Shown: one piece after another, positions 7,821-17,115 of the stretch
Layout of the letters: each line of letters opens with the position of its first letter
Position numbering within the stretch: position 1 is the stretch's first letter
NCBI GenBank assembly: GCA_046881885.1
Contig: JBKSMP010000022.1
Span: 1-32,000, forward strand
Source: Opitutales bacterium
GTDB lineage: Bacteria; Verrucomicrobiota; Verrucomicrobiia; Opitutales; UBA9783
DNA length: 32,000 nt
Direction of reading: 5' to 3'
Position numbers and translations under genes: made by a program
Notes under the pieces: generated by a model
Databases searched by the model: none
Told to the model about the DNA's origin: nothing
The model's input: the letters and a program-made list of their open reading frames with translations, nothing else

Positions 7821-9431
7821 ATGAAAGTTGCATCCGTTTTTTTAGGACTTGGAATTCTTTTTTTTACACATATAGGAAGCAGGCCATTGGCAAATCCCGA
7901 CGAAGGACGGTATGCGAGCATGGGGTTAGAAATGGTACAGACGAATGACTGGATTGTACCACGACTCAATGGTCTTATCTATTTTGAAAAACCACCGTTA
8001 GCTTATTGGTCGATCGCCTTAGGGCAAAAACTTTTTGGTGAAACCTTGTTGGGATCTCGCTTTTTCAATGCACTTTTTTCATTATTAACCTGCCTTTCGC
8101 TTTATTTATTTTGCAATAAATTCTTATCAAAAAAAGTAGCCTTATGGGCCGCCTTTATTTACGGAAGCTCTGCCCTACCCTTCGGCATGAGTCAAATGCT
8201 AACACTCGATAATGCACTTACGTTCTTTTTAACGGCAACATTATTGCTTTTCGCAAGCGGTTTTTTAACAGAAGACCCCAAACAATCTAAACATTTGTTC
8301 TTATGGGCGTATGCATTTATGGCCTTTACGGTACTTACCAAAGGGCTCATTGGCATTGTTTTCCCAGGACTTATTGGCGGGATATGGCTTTGTTATACGG
8401 GCCATATTCGAAAACTTCCAAAAGCACATCTCGTAAAAGGCCTTTTACTCTTTTTCCTCATTGCAGCACCTTGGCATTTGCTCGTACAACAACGCCATAA
8501 CTGCTTTTTCAATTTCTACTTTTGGCATGAACATTTCGAACGTTATTTGACTTCGGTCCATAATCGCACAAAACCGCTTTATTTTCTACCTTTATCCTTT
8601 TTAATTGGTCTTATTCCCTGGCTTTTCTTTTTACCAAGAACTCTACATGCTTCTTTGAAACAATCTAAAACCACACTTGAAAAACACGTAATTTCATTTT
8701 CGCTTATTTGGACGATTTGCATCTTAGGCTTTTTCACCTACTCCAAATCACAATTAATTCCCTACATTTTACCTGCAATTTCTGGGGTTACCATTCTAAT
8801 GGCTTTCGGAATTACCAAGCTAGATCTTAAAAAAACAAAAATAGAATCTATTTTATGGGCAATAAGTTTTATTGTTGCAGCTTGCGTTTTATCCAAAGTG
8901 CTTGCGAAAAAAGCATTGGTACCTGTACCCAGTTATCTCATATTACTAGCACAAACCATCATCATAAGTGGTTCTTTAATCGCTTTATGCCATATAAAAA
9001 ACAAACCTTTACGCTCTTTCTATTCATTACTCGGAACGACTTTATTAATTTACATATTACTACCAATCTATTTACCCTATTGCCAGCGTTTATGCGGACA
9101 AAACATTTGCGAATACATTCGTAAACAATCTTCAGAAAAGGTAGATGTTTTTTGTGCTTATAATTATTTCAACGACCTACCTTTTTACTTAAAGCAAACC
9201 GTAGGAACGATTGACTGTGTACCTGAAGAACACGAATTAGGTTACAAGGAACAACATCCGAAGGCGTACATGTCATCGCACGATTTTCGTAAACGTTTAC
9301 AAGCATCTGAACGGTGTTATGCGGTCGTAAAACGTGGCCAAGAAGCTTACTTTGAATCCGTAATGTCAAATTATCCGATTTATAAATTGACGCAAGACCC
9401 TTATTTTAGTTTATACTCTAATCAGCCATGA
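7821..9431 (+). CDS. ArnT-like polyprenyl-phosphate-sugar-dependent glycosyltransferase (GT39/GT83, PMT_2-like), polytopic membrane protein
   Basis: The N-terminal motif is NPDEGRYASMGLEM...YFEKPPLAYW, and many TM helices follow over the 536 aa. Confidence 0.8.
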   Translation: MKVASVFLGLGILFFTHIGSRPLANPDEGRYASMGLEMVQTNDWIVPRLNGLIYFEKPPLAYWSIALGQKLFGETLLGSRFFNALFSLLTCLSLYLFCNKFLSKKVALWAAFIYGSSALPFGMSQMLTLDNALTFFLTATLLLFASGFLTEDPKQSKHLFLWAYAFMAFTVLTKGLIGIVFPGLIGGIWLCYTGHIRKLPKAHLVKGLLLFFLIAAPWHLLVQQRHNCFFNFYFWHEHFERYLTSVHNRTKPLYFLPLSFLIGLIPWLFFLPRTLHASLKQSKTTLEKHVISFSLIWTICILGFFTYSKSQLIPYILPAISGVTILMAFGITKLDLKKTKIESILWAISFIVAACVLSKVLAKKALVPVPSYLILLAQTIIISGSLIALCHIKNKPLRSFYSLLGTTLLIYILLPIYLPYCQRLCGQNICEYIRKQSSEKVDVFCAYNYFNDLPFYLKQTVGTIDCVPEEHELGYKEQHPKAYMSSHDFRKRLQASERCYAVVKRGQEAYFESVMSNYPIYKLTQDPYFSLYSNQP

Positions 9432-10402
9432 ATTTGGAAGAAACGAAAAATCCGGAATTATCGGTTGTTGTCCCTGCATACAACGAAGAACCCAATATCG
9501 ACGAATTATGTTCGCGCCTCCTTACGATTTTAAAAAACACAGGACGAACATTTGAAATTGTTATTGTAAATGATGGCAGTCGAGATGAATCTTTGCTTAA
9601 GCTGTTAGAATGGTACCATAAATATCCCAATTATTTTCGAATTCTCGATTTTAATAGCAATTTTGGTCATCATAATGCACTTTGGGCCGGTTTCGAACAT
9701 GTACGTGGAGACATTGTTATCACCATGGATGCCGATTTACAAAATCCTCCCGAAGAACTTCCAAAATTACTTGAAAAAATAGACGAAGGTTATGATTATG
9801 TCGGAAGTTATCGACTTGGCAAACGTCAGGATGCTAAATGGCGCGATTGGGCTTCCAAATTAAACAACAAGTTTAGAGAAAAGATTACAGACATTCGTAT
9901 GTCCGATCAAGGCTGTATGCTTCGGGCTTACAAACGTTCTGTTGTAGATGCAATCGTTGGCTGTGGTGATTATACAGCATTCATTCCTGCACTTGCTTTT
10001 AAATTTGCCTCTAAATACACCGAAATTGGGATGCGTCACGCACCTCGTTTTAAAGGCGAAACGAAATATGGCCTCTATTATTTGTTGAGAACGCATTTCG
10101 ATTTAATGACGGGATTCTCGCTTGTTCCCCTTCAATTATTCACTTTATTTGGATTCACACTTTCGGGTGGAAGCTTTTTATTGGTCCTTTATCTTTTGGC
10201 TCGACGCATCTTTATCGGCCCAGAAGCAGAAGGCGTATTTACCTTGTTTGCAATTTTGTTCTTCATGGTAAGTGTTGCGATCGTAGGCATTGGCTTGATT
10301 GGCGAATATGTCGGTAGAACCTATCAAATTGTCCAAAAACGCCCACGATATATTTTAAAAACCATCTATGAGGCAAAAAAAAGTAAAGAAGATAAAAAAT
10401 AA
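9428..10402 (+). CDS. Family-2 glycosyltransferase, ArnC/GtrB/DPM1-like polyprenyl-phosphate glycosyltransferase
   Basis: Motifs LSVVVPAYNEE, VNDGSRDES and MDADLQNPP are present, plus two C-terminal TM helices. The start overlaps the upstream GT39/83 gene by ATGA. Confidence 0.85.
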   Translation: MNLEETKNPELSVVVPAYNEEPNIDELCSRLLTILKNTGRTFEIVIVNDGSRDESLLKLLEWYHKYPNYFRILDFNSNFGHHNALWAGFEHVRGDIVITMDADLQNPPEELPKLLEKIDEGYDYVGSYRLGKRQDAKWRDWASKLNNKFREKITDIRMSDQGCMLRAYKRSVVDAIVGCGDYTAFIPALAFKFASKYTEIGMRHAPRFKGETKYGLYYLLRTHFDLMTGFSLVPLQLFTLFGFTLSGGSFLLVLYLLARRIFIGPEAEGVFTLFAILFFMVSVAIVGIGLIGEYVGRTYQIVQKRPRYILKTIYEAKKSKEDKK

Positions 10403-10443
10403 GATTGACCCGATAACAAATATATCAAATTGTTTATAGTATT

Positions 10444-10578
10444 ATGCAACCAACTTATTCACCATCTAAATTAAAGAGAGCTAGAATGTGCGGTTTTTTT
10501 GCAAGAAAAGCCACTAAAGGAGGACGTGGTGTTTTAGCCGCTCGTCGCCGCAAAGGACGCAGAAAGTTATGCGCTTAA
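10444..10578 (+). CDS. rpmH: 50S ribosomal protein L34
   Basis: Too short (44 aa) to appear in the ORF track. Hand translation gives [44 protein letters not shown], the canonical L34 pattern, and the gene sits immediately upstream of rnpA. Confidence 0.9.
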   Translation: MQPTYSPSKLKRARMCGFFARKATKGGRGVLAARRRKGRRKLCA

Positions 10579-10579
10579 T

Positions 10580-10939
10580 GTGAGTGTAGGCAAAAAGCAG
10601 AGATTGTGTAAAACAAATGATTTTCAGGCTTTATATCAGTCTGGGATGAAGTTTTATGGAAACGGTTTGGTTTTTTATTGTAAGCCATCTGTCAAAATGT
10701 ACCATCGTATAGGCATTATCGCCTCAAGAAAAGTAGGAGGAGCTGTTGTACGCAATACATTTAAGCGTCGCATGCGGGAATTATTACCTACTTTCTTAGC
10801 GGGCTTTCAAAAGCCTTACGATTGCGTCCTTATCGCTACACAAGCTCAAGTTGCTTCTGCCAATTTTTCTATATTGCAAAAAAGCTTAAAAACGATTTTT
10901 GAAAAAGTTTCTCACGTTCAACATGAGCAAGCAGCCTAA
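10580..10939 (+). CDS. rnpA: Ribonuclease P protein component
   Basis: GTG start 1 nt after the rpmH stop. Motifs RIGIIASRKVGGAVVRNTFKRRMRE are present, and the gene has the conserved position after rpmH. Confidence 0.9.
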   Translation: MSVGKKQRLCKTNDFQALYQSGMKFYGNGLVFYCKPSVKMYHRIGIIASRKVGGAVVRNTFKRRMRELLPTFLAGFQKPYDCVLIATQAQVASANFSILQKSLKTIFEKVSHVQHEQAA

Positions 10940-11195
10940 AAATCTTTTGAAAAGTACGTGTACACAAGGCATTTGTTGGGCATTGGTACTTTATAAAAGA
11001 TTTGTGTCGCCGTTTCAATACGTTCTGAAGGTTTGCTTCGGTCTTTCATGTGAATGTCGTTTTTATCCGACCTGTTCGGACTATGCTCAGCAATGCTTTC
11101 AACGTTATTCCTTTTTTAAAGCCAGTTGGCTTACAATGAAACGGCTTTGTCGTTGCCACCCTTTGTGTGCAGGAGGCTATGACCCCGTTCCTTAA
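10923..11195 (+). CDS. yidD: Membrane protein insertion efficiency factor YidD
   Basis: Motifs YKRFVSP...CRFYPTCSDYA...RCHPLCAGGYDPVP are present. The start is ambiguous: the track gives 10899 and I prefer the ATG at 10923. Both overlap the rnpA end. Confidence 0.85.
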   Translation: MSKQPKNLLKSTCTQGICWALVLYKRFVSPFQYVLKVCFGLSCECRFYPTCSDYAQQCFQRYSFFKASWLTMKRLCRCHPLCAGGYDPVP

Positions 11196-11206
11196 CAATT
11201 TTTATT

Positions 11207-12844
11207 ATGGATAAGAAAAATTTTATCATCGGTATCATCTGTTTATTTGCTGCTTTTTCATTATTTGTGCGGCAAGAAAAGCAATTGCGCCAACAAGCGC
11301 CGCAGCAACCTGTAGCAGTCGTTCAAAATGAGTCTCCTACTCCCCAACCAGAACCTGCCTTGGTTTTGCCACAACAAGACCTAACGACTTCTCAAATTTA
11401 CACACTTGAAAATGAGGCTGTTAAAGTTCATTTTACGACACATGGTGGCGCCATCCACTCTATTGAACTCAAGCGTTATCCGGCAGAATTAAAAGGTGAA
11501 CAAGCTTATATTTTCAATCAAACCTCAAAAATTCCTGCACTTGGTCTTGCCTGGGATAAAAATCATCTCATTCTTAACAATTTTGTTCTTTCTGCACAGA
11601 CGAACGATTTTATCCAGTTTTCATGCACTTTAAACGATGGTACACAAATAATTCGCGGCTATCGTTTGGCAAATTCTAACGATGAAAATCCGTATCGTAT
11701 TCAAAACGAATTTTTAATCCAACAACCGGAATTTAAACACGAAAGCGTTTGGGTACATTTGGGTACCATGCCCGATACACCAGGCGATAAGTATCTCGAA
11801 TATTTGAATTTTTGCACTTTTGATGGGAAAACGGCGGATTTCAAACGTATCGCCGATTTTGAAGCCAGTAACGGTTTCCTTGGAATGGGAAAAAAAGCTG
11901 CATCCAATTATTTAGAAGCAAACGCAAACTTCACTTGGTGTGCGCTTAAAAATCAGTTTTTTGCAGCCATTTTTACACCGAAAACATCGATTAATGGCTA
12001 TCTTACCTTTCCGAGAAAAGGTACTTCTGCAAACGAATCTCACCTCATTGAAGGCCTGATAAAGTTTGATTTAAACAGTGCTCAATCGAAAGTTACCGCA
12101 GAATACTATGTGGGACCTAAGGATTTCTTATTGCTCAACAAAATGGGACAAGAACAAGATCAACTCATGCAATTTGGCTTTTTCGGGGCCGTCAGCAAAA
12201 TCTTGTTAATGGCCATGAAGGCTATTTATTCGGTTATTCCCAATTGGGGCTGGACGATCATTGTCCTAACATTTATTATTAAGTTACTAATGTGGCCTAT
12301 TACACAAGCTCAATTACGAAGCTCTAAGAAAATGGCCAGCATTCAAGCTCCTTTGCAACAAATTCGTGAAAAATACAAAAACAATCCGCAAAAACTGCAG
12401 ATGGAAACCATGAAATTGTTCAAAGAAAATCGCGTCAATCCAGCAGCAGGTTGTTTGCCAATTTTCCTTCAAATTCCTATTTTTATCGGCTTATATTACA
12501 TGTTACGCACCTCTTCGGAAATTCGCTTTCAATCTTTCTTGTGGATTCAAGACTTGTCGATTCCGGATACCGTTGCAAGCTTAGGGTCATTCCCAATAAA
12601 CATTTTGCCACTTATTATGGGGGTTACCATGTTTATTCAGATGCGCATCACACCAACACCTTCTGTCGACAACATGCAGCAAAAAATCATCATGTGGATG
12701 CCTTTTATATTCCTCATTTTCTGTTATAATTTTCCAGCTGCACTTGTTTTATACTGGACGGTTCAAAATATTTTTACTATTTTACAACAGTGGCTGACCA
12801 ATCGTAAAAAAGAATTGGATCAACCTGCACCTAAACATTCTTAA
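11207..12844 (+). CDS. yidC: Membrane protein insertase YidC
   Basis: 545 aa with an N-terminal anchor and a periplasmic domain. The C-terminal 60-kDa-IMP core is present (WGWTIIVLTFIIKLLMWPIT...NPAAGCLPIFLQIPIFIGLYYML). Confidence 0.95.
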   Translation: MDKKNFIIGIICLFAAFSLFVRQEKQLRQQAPQQPVAVVQNESPTPQPEPALVLPQQDLTTSQIYTLENEAVKVHFTTHGGAIHSIELKRYPAELKGEQAYIFNQTSKIPALGLAWDKNHLILNNFVLSAQTNDFIQFSCTLNDGTQIIRGYRLANSNDENPYRIQNEFLIQQPEFKHESVWVHLGTMPDTPGDKYLEYLNFCTFDGKTADFKRIADFEASNGFLGMGKKAASNYLEANANFTWCALKNQFFAAIFTPKTSINGYLTFPRKGTSANESHLIEGLIKFDLNSAQSKVTAEYYVGPKDFLLLNKMGQEQDQLMQFGFFGAVSKILLMAMKAIYSVIPNWGWTIIVLTFIIKLLMWPITQAQLRSSKKMASIQAPLQQIREKYKNNPQKLQMETMKLFKENRVNPAAGCLPIFLQIPIFIGLYYMLRTSSEIRFQSFLWIQDLSIPDTVASLGSFPINILPLIMGVTMFIQMRITPTPSVDNMQQKIIMWMPFIFLIFCYNFPAALVLYWTVQNIFTILQQWLTNRKKELDQPAPKHS

Positions 12845-12850
12845 AGTATC

Positions 12851-13597
12851 ATGTCAGGACATAGTAAGTGGTCTACAATTAAACGTCACAAAGCGCTTGT
12901 TGATGCGAAACGTGGCAAAATTTTCAGTATTATTGGCAAGGAAATTACGCTTGCGGTTAAGTCAGGCGGTAAAAACCCAGATTTTAACCCTCAATTGCGT
13001 ACCTTATTGGCTAAAGCCAAATCGGCCAATATGCCCAATGACAACATTCAGAAGGCAATTCAAAAAGGTACGGGCGAGCTTCCAGGAATGCAAATTGAAG
13101 AGCTCCTCTATGAAGGTTATGGGCCAGGCGGTGTCGGCTTTATCGTTGAAGTAACTACGGATAATAAGAATCGTGCAGTTTCCGAAGTTCGTAGTGCATT
13201 TTCAAAATGTGGCGGTAATTTAGCCAATTCCGGTGCTTTAGCGTTTACATTCCAACGTAAAGGGCAATTTCTCATTTCAAAAGAGAAAATTGACGAAGAT
13301 AAGTTACTCGAAGTTGCCTTAGAAGCTGGCGCAGAAGATGTTGTAACCGAAGAGGATCACTTTGAAGTTTTAAGTTCGGTTGCTGATTTTTATACGGTTT
13401 CAAAAGCTTTTGAAGAAGCACAGATCGAACCTGATTCTTCCGAACTTGTCTATTTGCCTGTAACAACGATTCCCGTTAACGACGCTGAATTAGCCACTAA
13501 GTTGCTCAAACTTGTTGAACGTTTAGAAGAATCGGATGATGTCAAAGATGTCTACACCAATTACGAATTCGATCCTTCCCTCAACATGGAAGGATAA
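12851..13597 (+). CDS. yebC: YebC/PmpR-family DNA-binding regulatory protein
   Basis: The N-terminus MSGHSKWSTIKRHKALVDAKRGKIFS and the overall 248-aa layout are typical of the family. Confidence 0.9.
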   Translation: MSGHSKWSTIKRHKALVDAKRGKIFSIIGKEITLAVKSGGKNPDFNPQLRTLLAKAKSANMPNDNIQKAIQKGTGELPGMQIEELLYEGYGPGGVGFIVEVTTDNKNRAVSEVRSAFSKCGGNLANSGALAFTFQRKGQFLISKEKIDEDKLLEVALEAGAEDVVTEEDHFEVLSSVADFYTVSKAFEEAQIEPDSSELVYLPVTTIPVNDAELATKLLKLVERLEESDDVKDVYTNYEFDPSLNMEG

Positions 13598-14276
13598 AGG
13601 CATTATTGCCGAAACAAACGACTGGATCGCCTGCCATAAACCGGCAGGTAAGTCGGTTGCAGAAGCGACGCACTTCCTTAAACAAGCAGGTGTTAAGTTT
13701 TCTTCTGTTTATGGATTAGATATGGAAATTGCGGGCCCTATTCTTCTAGCAAAAACCTTAGAAGCGCGTAATTTCTTAAAAAATTTGTACGGCTCTGACG
13801 GTTTTTCGTTTACTTTTTATGCATGGGGAATCCCACATAAACCTTGTCCAGATGAATGGACTTGTGATTTATCCATTGCATGGGATGAACACAAACAGCG
13901 ATCCTATCCCTCATTAAAAAAAGGGAAAAAAGCTGTAACAAGATTTCAAAAAGTCCAGACCTTAGGCTCTTATCATCTATTTAAGTGTTCTACGCATTAT
14001 TTACGGACTCAACAATTGCAAATCCATGCGCACTTTTCATATTTTGATATCTTAGGCGATACACTTTGGACAACCGATAACCATCTTGTTTATCTAGAGC
14101 AGTTAAAGCAAAATATTAAAAATCCATCTTCAAAACCCATTACGGAAGGTCTTCATTTAGCGCTTACAGAAGTTCACTTTACTTTTAATGAAAAGTCCAT
14201 AAAATTAGAAGTGCCTTTACCGCAAACCTTTGAAGTTTTTAGCAAAACCCTTGCTCGTTATTTACCAGAAGGCTAA
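13536..14276 (+). CDS. RluA-family pseudouridine synthase-like protein with divergent motifs
   Basis: Family-like segments are ACHKPAGKSV and VYGLDMEIAGPILLAK (compare HRLDxxTSG; the Asp is retained). A third segment, LRTQQLQIHAHFSYFDILGDTLW, compares with GRTHQIRVH...GD.Y. All candidate starts (13536, 13539, 13548) overlap the yebC end by 50-62 nt. Confidence 0.65.
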   Translation: MMSKMSTPITNSILPSTWKDKGIIAETNDWIACHKPAGKSVAEATHFLKQAGVKFSSVYGLDMEIAGPILLAKTLEARNFLKNLYGSDGFSFTFYAWGIPHKPCPDEWTCDLSIAWDEHKQRSYPSLKKGKKAVTRFQKVQTLGSYHLFKCSTHYLRTQQLQIHAHFSYFDILGDTLWTTDNHLVYLEQLKQNIKNPSSKPITEGLHLALTEVHFTFNEKSIKLEVPLPQTFEVFSKTLARYLPEG

Positions 14277-14280
14277 AAAT

Positions 14281-15639
14281 TTACTGAAGTAAATTTAAAA
14301 CCTTTTTTATAGTTTCTTCTTCTAAATCAGGACGTTTTTCTTTTATAAACCCTAATAAATTCGATTTATCTATCCTTGCTTTTTGCACAATTTCAGCAGC
14401 AAGATCGTAGCCAATAAGCGGCACTAAAGCTGTTAGTTGCGCACATGAAGCCGTAAGATGTTCTTTAATTTTAGTGTAATTCGCTTGAAGACCTTCCAAT
14501 ACAAATTTTGTAAACAAATTAAGGGATTTAGCAAGCGTACGAATACTGTCTAAAACCGCATAAATAAGCAGCATAGAGGTTGTATTAAGCTGAAACTGAC
14601 CCCCGATAACTGCACAACGTCGAATACTATCGCAATGACTTTGGACATAAACACAAGCTTGCAAAAGCGTTTCACAAACAACGGGATTAACTTTCCCAGG
14701 CATACAAGAAGATCCAGCGTGCGTTTTCTGTAAAATAAGCTCATTAAGACCTCCGGCCGGTCCTGAACCATACCAACGAATATCATTGGCTATTTTAATT
14801 AAACTCGTCGCTAACGTATCCAATAAACCTGCGAAAAACACATAATCGTCCCGTGAAGATTGCTGTTCAAAACGATTTTTCGAAGAAATGTAACTCTCTT
14901 GCAATTCTTGATTCAACACGTGTATAACTTGTGATCCGAAATCCGGATAACTATTTAAACCATTGCCAACTGCAGTCCCTCCTATCGGCAATTCTAGAAA
15001 ACGCCCTAAATTATGCTGAAGACTTTCTATATTTTTTTCTAATTGCCGACGATAGCCCGAAAAAATTTGTCCTAAAGTCATTGGAACCGCATCCATTGTA
15101 TGCGTACGCCCTAAAATAGCAAGGTCACTCCACTCGTTTTCTTTTCCTTCTAAAACCTTTTTACAAGCTTCTAATGCTGGCAAAAGACCTTGTTTTACGC
15201 ATTCACGAATGGCTATGTTTAATGTCGTTGGAATAACATCGTTGGTCGATTGGCCATAATTACAGTCGTCATTGGGATGAATATCTGTAGCCTTATACTT
15301 CTTTGCAATCCCAGAAATAACCTCATTTAAATTCATATGGGTTGGCGTACATCCCCCAGATTGAAAAATCTCTAAAGGAAAGCTTTCAGCCCATTTACCT
15401 TGATAAATTTCCAGAGCTATCGCTTGTATTAGCTCCGCTTTCTCTTGAGAAATACAGCTCAAAGAACCATTGGCTTTTGCACAAGCATACTTAACTAAGG
15501 CCATTATTCTTAGAAATTCTTGAGGAATTTTCGGCGCACCGATACTAGAACAGTTCATGGCTTGCTGAGTCACTTCTCCATACAAAACATCTTCCGTAGC
15601 TTCCTTCATAGCTTCATCCCACAAATTTCTCACATCCAT
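14281..15639 (-). CDS. Class-II fumarate hydratase / aspartate ammonia-lyase family enzyme
   Basis: The family signature GSSCMPGKVNPV is present, and the 452-aa length fits. By eye I cannot separate FumC from AspA, because the residues flanking the signature are mixed. Confidence 0.85.
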   Translation of the reverse strand: MDVRNLWDEAMKEATEDVLYGEVTQQAMNCSSIGAPKIPQEFLRIMALVKYACAKANGSLSCISQEKAELIQAIALEIYQGKWAESFPLEIFQSGGCTPTHMNLNEVISGIAKKYKATDIHPNDDCNYGQSTNDVIPTTLNIAIRECVKQGLLPALEACKKVLEGKENEWSDLAILGRTHTMDAVPMTLGQIFSGYRRQLEKNIESLQHNLGRFLELPIGGTAVGNGLNSYPDFGSQVIHVLNQELQESYISSKNRFEQQSSRDDYVFFAGLLDTLATSLIKIANDIRWYGSGPAGGLNELILQKTHAGSSCMPGKVNPVVCETLLQACVYVQSHCDSIRRCAVIGGQFQLNTTSMLLIYAVLDSIRTLAKSLNLFTKFVLEGLQANYTKIKEHLTASCAQLTALVPLIGYDLAAEIVQKARIDKSNLLGFIKEKRPDLEEETIKKVLNLLQ

Positions 15640-15796
15640 AACAAAAATCTACGCCAAAAGCATTCTTTTTTCAAGAAAAATATGGTTTTTTCGATCCTAT
15701 AGGTATTCCAAAAATCCGATAGTATTCTAATCCATCCCTTTTTATATATTTTATCTCGCCAAAACCATAAAAACTGTTTTATAAACTAGGCACAAT

Positions 15797-16609
15797 ATGC
15801 AACAGGTCTGTTTGTTTTGGGTGTTTTTTTGTTTTATTTTTGGGCTTATATCGCTCATTCGATATTTGCTGAGAAAAGAAAACACGTCCTTATGTTTATG
15901 TCCACTTGATATAAGTGGTTGTAAAGTTCTTTTTTCGTTTCTTTGTTTCTTAGCGTTTCCATTTTTTATCCAACAAATAGGAGGTTTGCTTTTTAGAAAA
16001 GTAACAACAATTTCGCACTTAGATTTAAGTTTGTTTTTAGCTTTTGTCAGCGAAATTGCCTTAGGTGTTTTTCTCTATTTTTTACTTAAAAAGAATCCAT
16101 TAATCCGTGAAAATTTATGTCCCCATTTTTACAAAAATAATTGGTTTAAATGGGCTTGGATAGGGTATTGCGAAAGTCTTCCTTTGTTGTTTTTAGTAAC
16201 TGTTTTTTGGTATTATGGAATGCTCTTAATGGTTTATTATGGCTTGCCTATTGTTATAGAAACGCAACCTATTATTCGCTTATTGACCGAGAACGAAACT
16301 TTATTTCTTACAAAAGTATTTATGGGGATAAGTATCATCGTTCTTGCACCTATTTGTGAAGAATTGTTTTTTAGAGGTATACTTTTGCGCTTTCTAAATG
16401 CACACATGTCTCTACGGAAAGCGTTATGGGTAAGTGCGTTTGTTTTTGCGGCAAGCCATCAACATTTTGCTTCGTTTTTACCTCTGCTTTTTTTGGGGTA
16501 TTGGTTGGGGTATTATTACATAAAAACAGGAGATTTACGGACAAACATTGGCCTACATGCCCTTTTTAATGGTACTAATTTTATACTTATTTTTGTAGCA
16601 AAATTATGA
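15797..16609 (+). CDS. CPBP-family (CAAX/Abi) intramembrane glutamic endopeptidase
   Basis: Polytopic membrane protein carrying EELFFRGILL, the FAASHQHF motif and the GLHALFNG motif. Confidence 0.75.
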   Translation: MQQVCLFWVFFCFIFGLISLIRYLLRKENTSLCLCPLDISGCKVLFSFLCFLAFPFFIQQIGGLLFRKVTTISHLDLSLFLAFVSEIALGVFLYFLLKKNPLIRENLCPHFYKNNWFKWAWIGYCESLPLLFLVTVFWYYGMLLMVYYGLPIVIETQPIIRLLTENETLFLTKVFMGISIIVLAPICEELFFRGILLRFLNAHMSLRKALWVSAFVFAASHQHFASFLPLLFLGYWLGYYYIKTGDLRTNIGLHALFNGTNFILIFVAKL

Positions 16610-17025
16610 AAGATATCCCTTTAGATTATATAGCAAAAACCGAAACCGATTTTTTAAATTACGCCCAAGAATTTGCTAAGCAATGTCCAAGGGAGTACTC
16701 GATAGCATTGCATGGGACATTAGGAGCCGGTAAAACGACCTTTACACGTGGGTTAGGGAAAGCTTGGCATATTGACACCGTGAAAAGTCCATCTTTTAGT
16801 ATTTTGGATGTACATAGGGGTGATCGAACACTTATTCATATTGATGCTTATCGGCTAAAACCGGATATAAAAAATCCATTTGATTGGGATGATCTTTGTG
16901 TCCCACCGTTTTGCATTGTTGTTGAATGGCCAGAATGCTTAAATCTTCCTATTGGTTTTGATGCCCATATTACGCTCGAAATTTTGCCTGAAAATTTCCG
17001 TAGAATTCACGTTGTATTCTCCTGA
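16606..17025 (+). CDS. tsaE: tRNA t6A37 biosynthesis ATPase TsaE
   Basis: Walker A GTLGAGKTTFTRGL is present, along with SPSF and DAYRL. Length is 139 aa, and the start forms an ATGA overlap with the upstream gene. Confidence 0.85.
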   Translation: MKDIPLDYIAKTETDFLNYAQEFAKQCPREYSIALHGTLGAGKTTFTRGLGKAWHIDTVKSPSFSILDVHRGDRTLIHIDAYRLKPDIKNPFDWDDLCVPPFCIVVEWPECLNLPIGFDAHITLEILPENFRRIHVVFS

Positions 17026-17115
17026 AATTTACAATGTTTTAATTAAGCGATTACAAAACCATCAAGAAGAAATTGTTTGTTAAAAATCCTTTCTTGAGGT
17101 TAAATTAAGTGATCC

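Noticed and set aside
10403-12844. The rpmH-rnpA-yidD-yidC cluster as a marker of the replication origin, and TGTCACA as DnaA boxes
   Set aside because: No dnaA or dnaN gene is in the window. I found no cluster of TTATCCACA-like 9-mers. TGTCACA is one base shorter than a DnaA box and does not match it. The cluster alone is not evidence for oriC.
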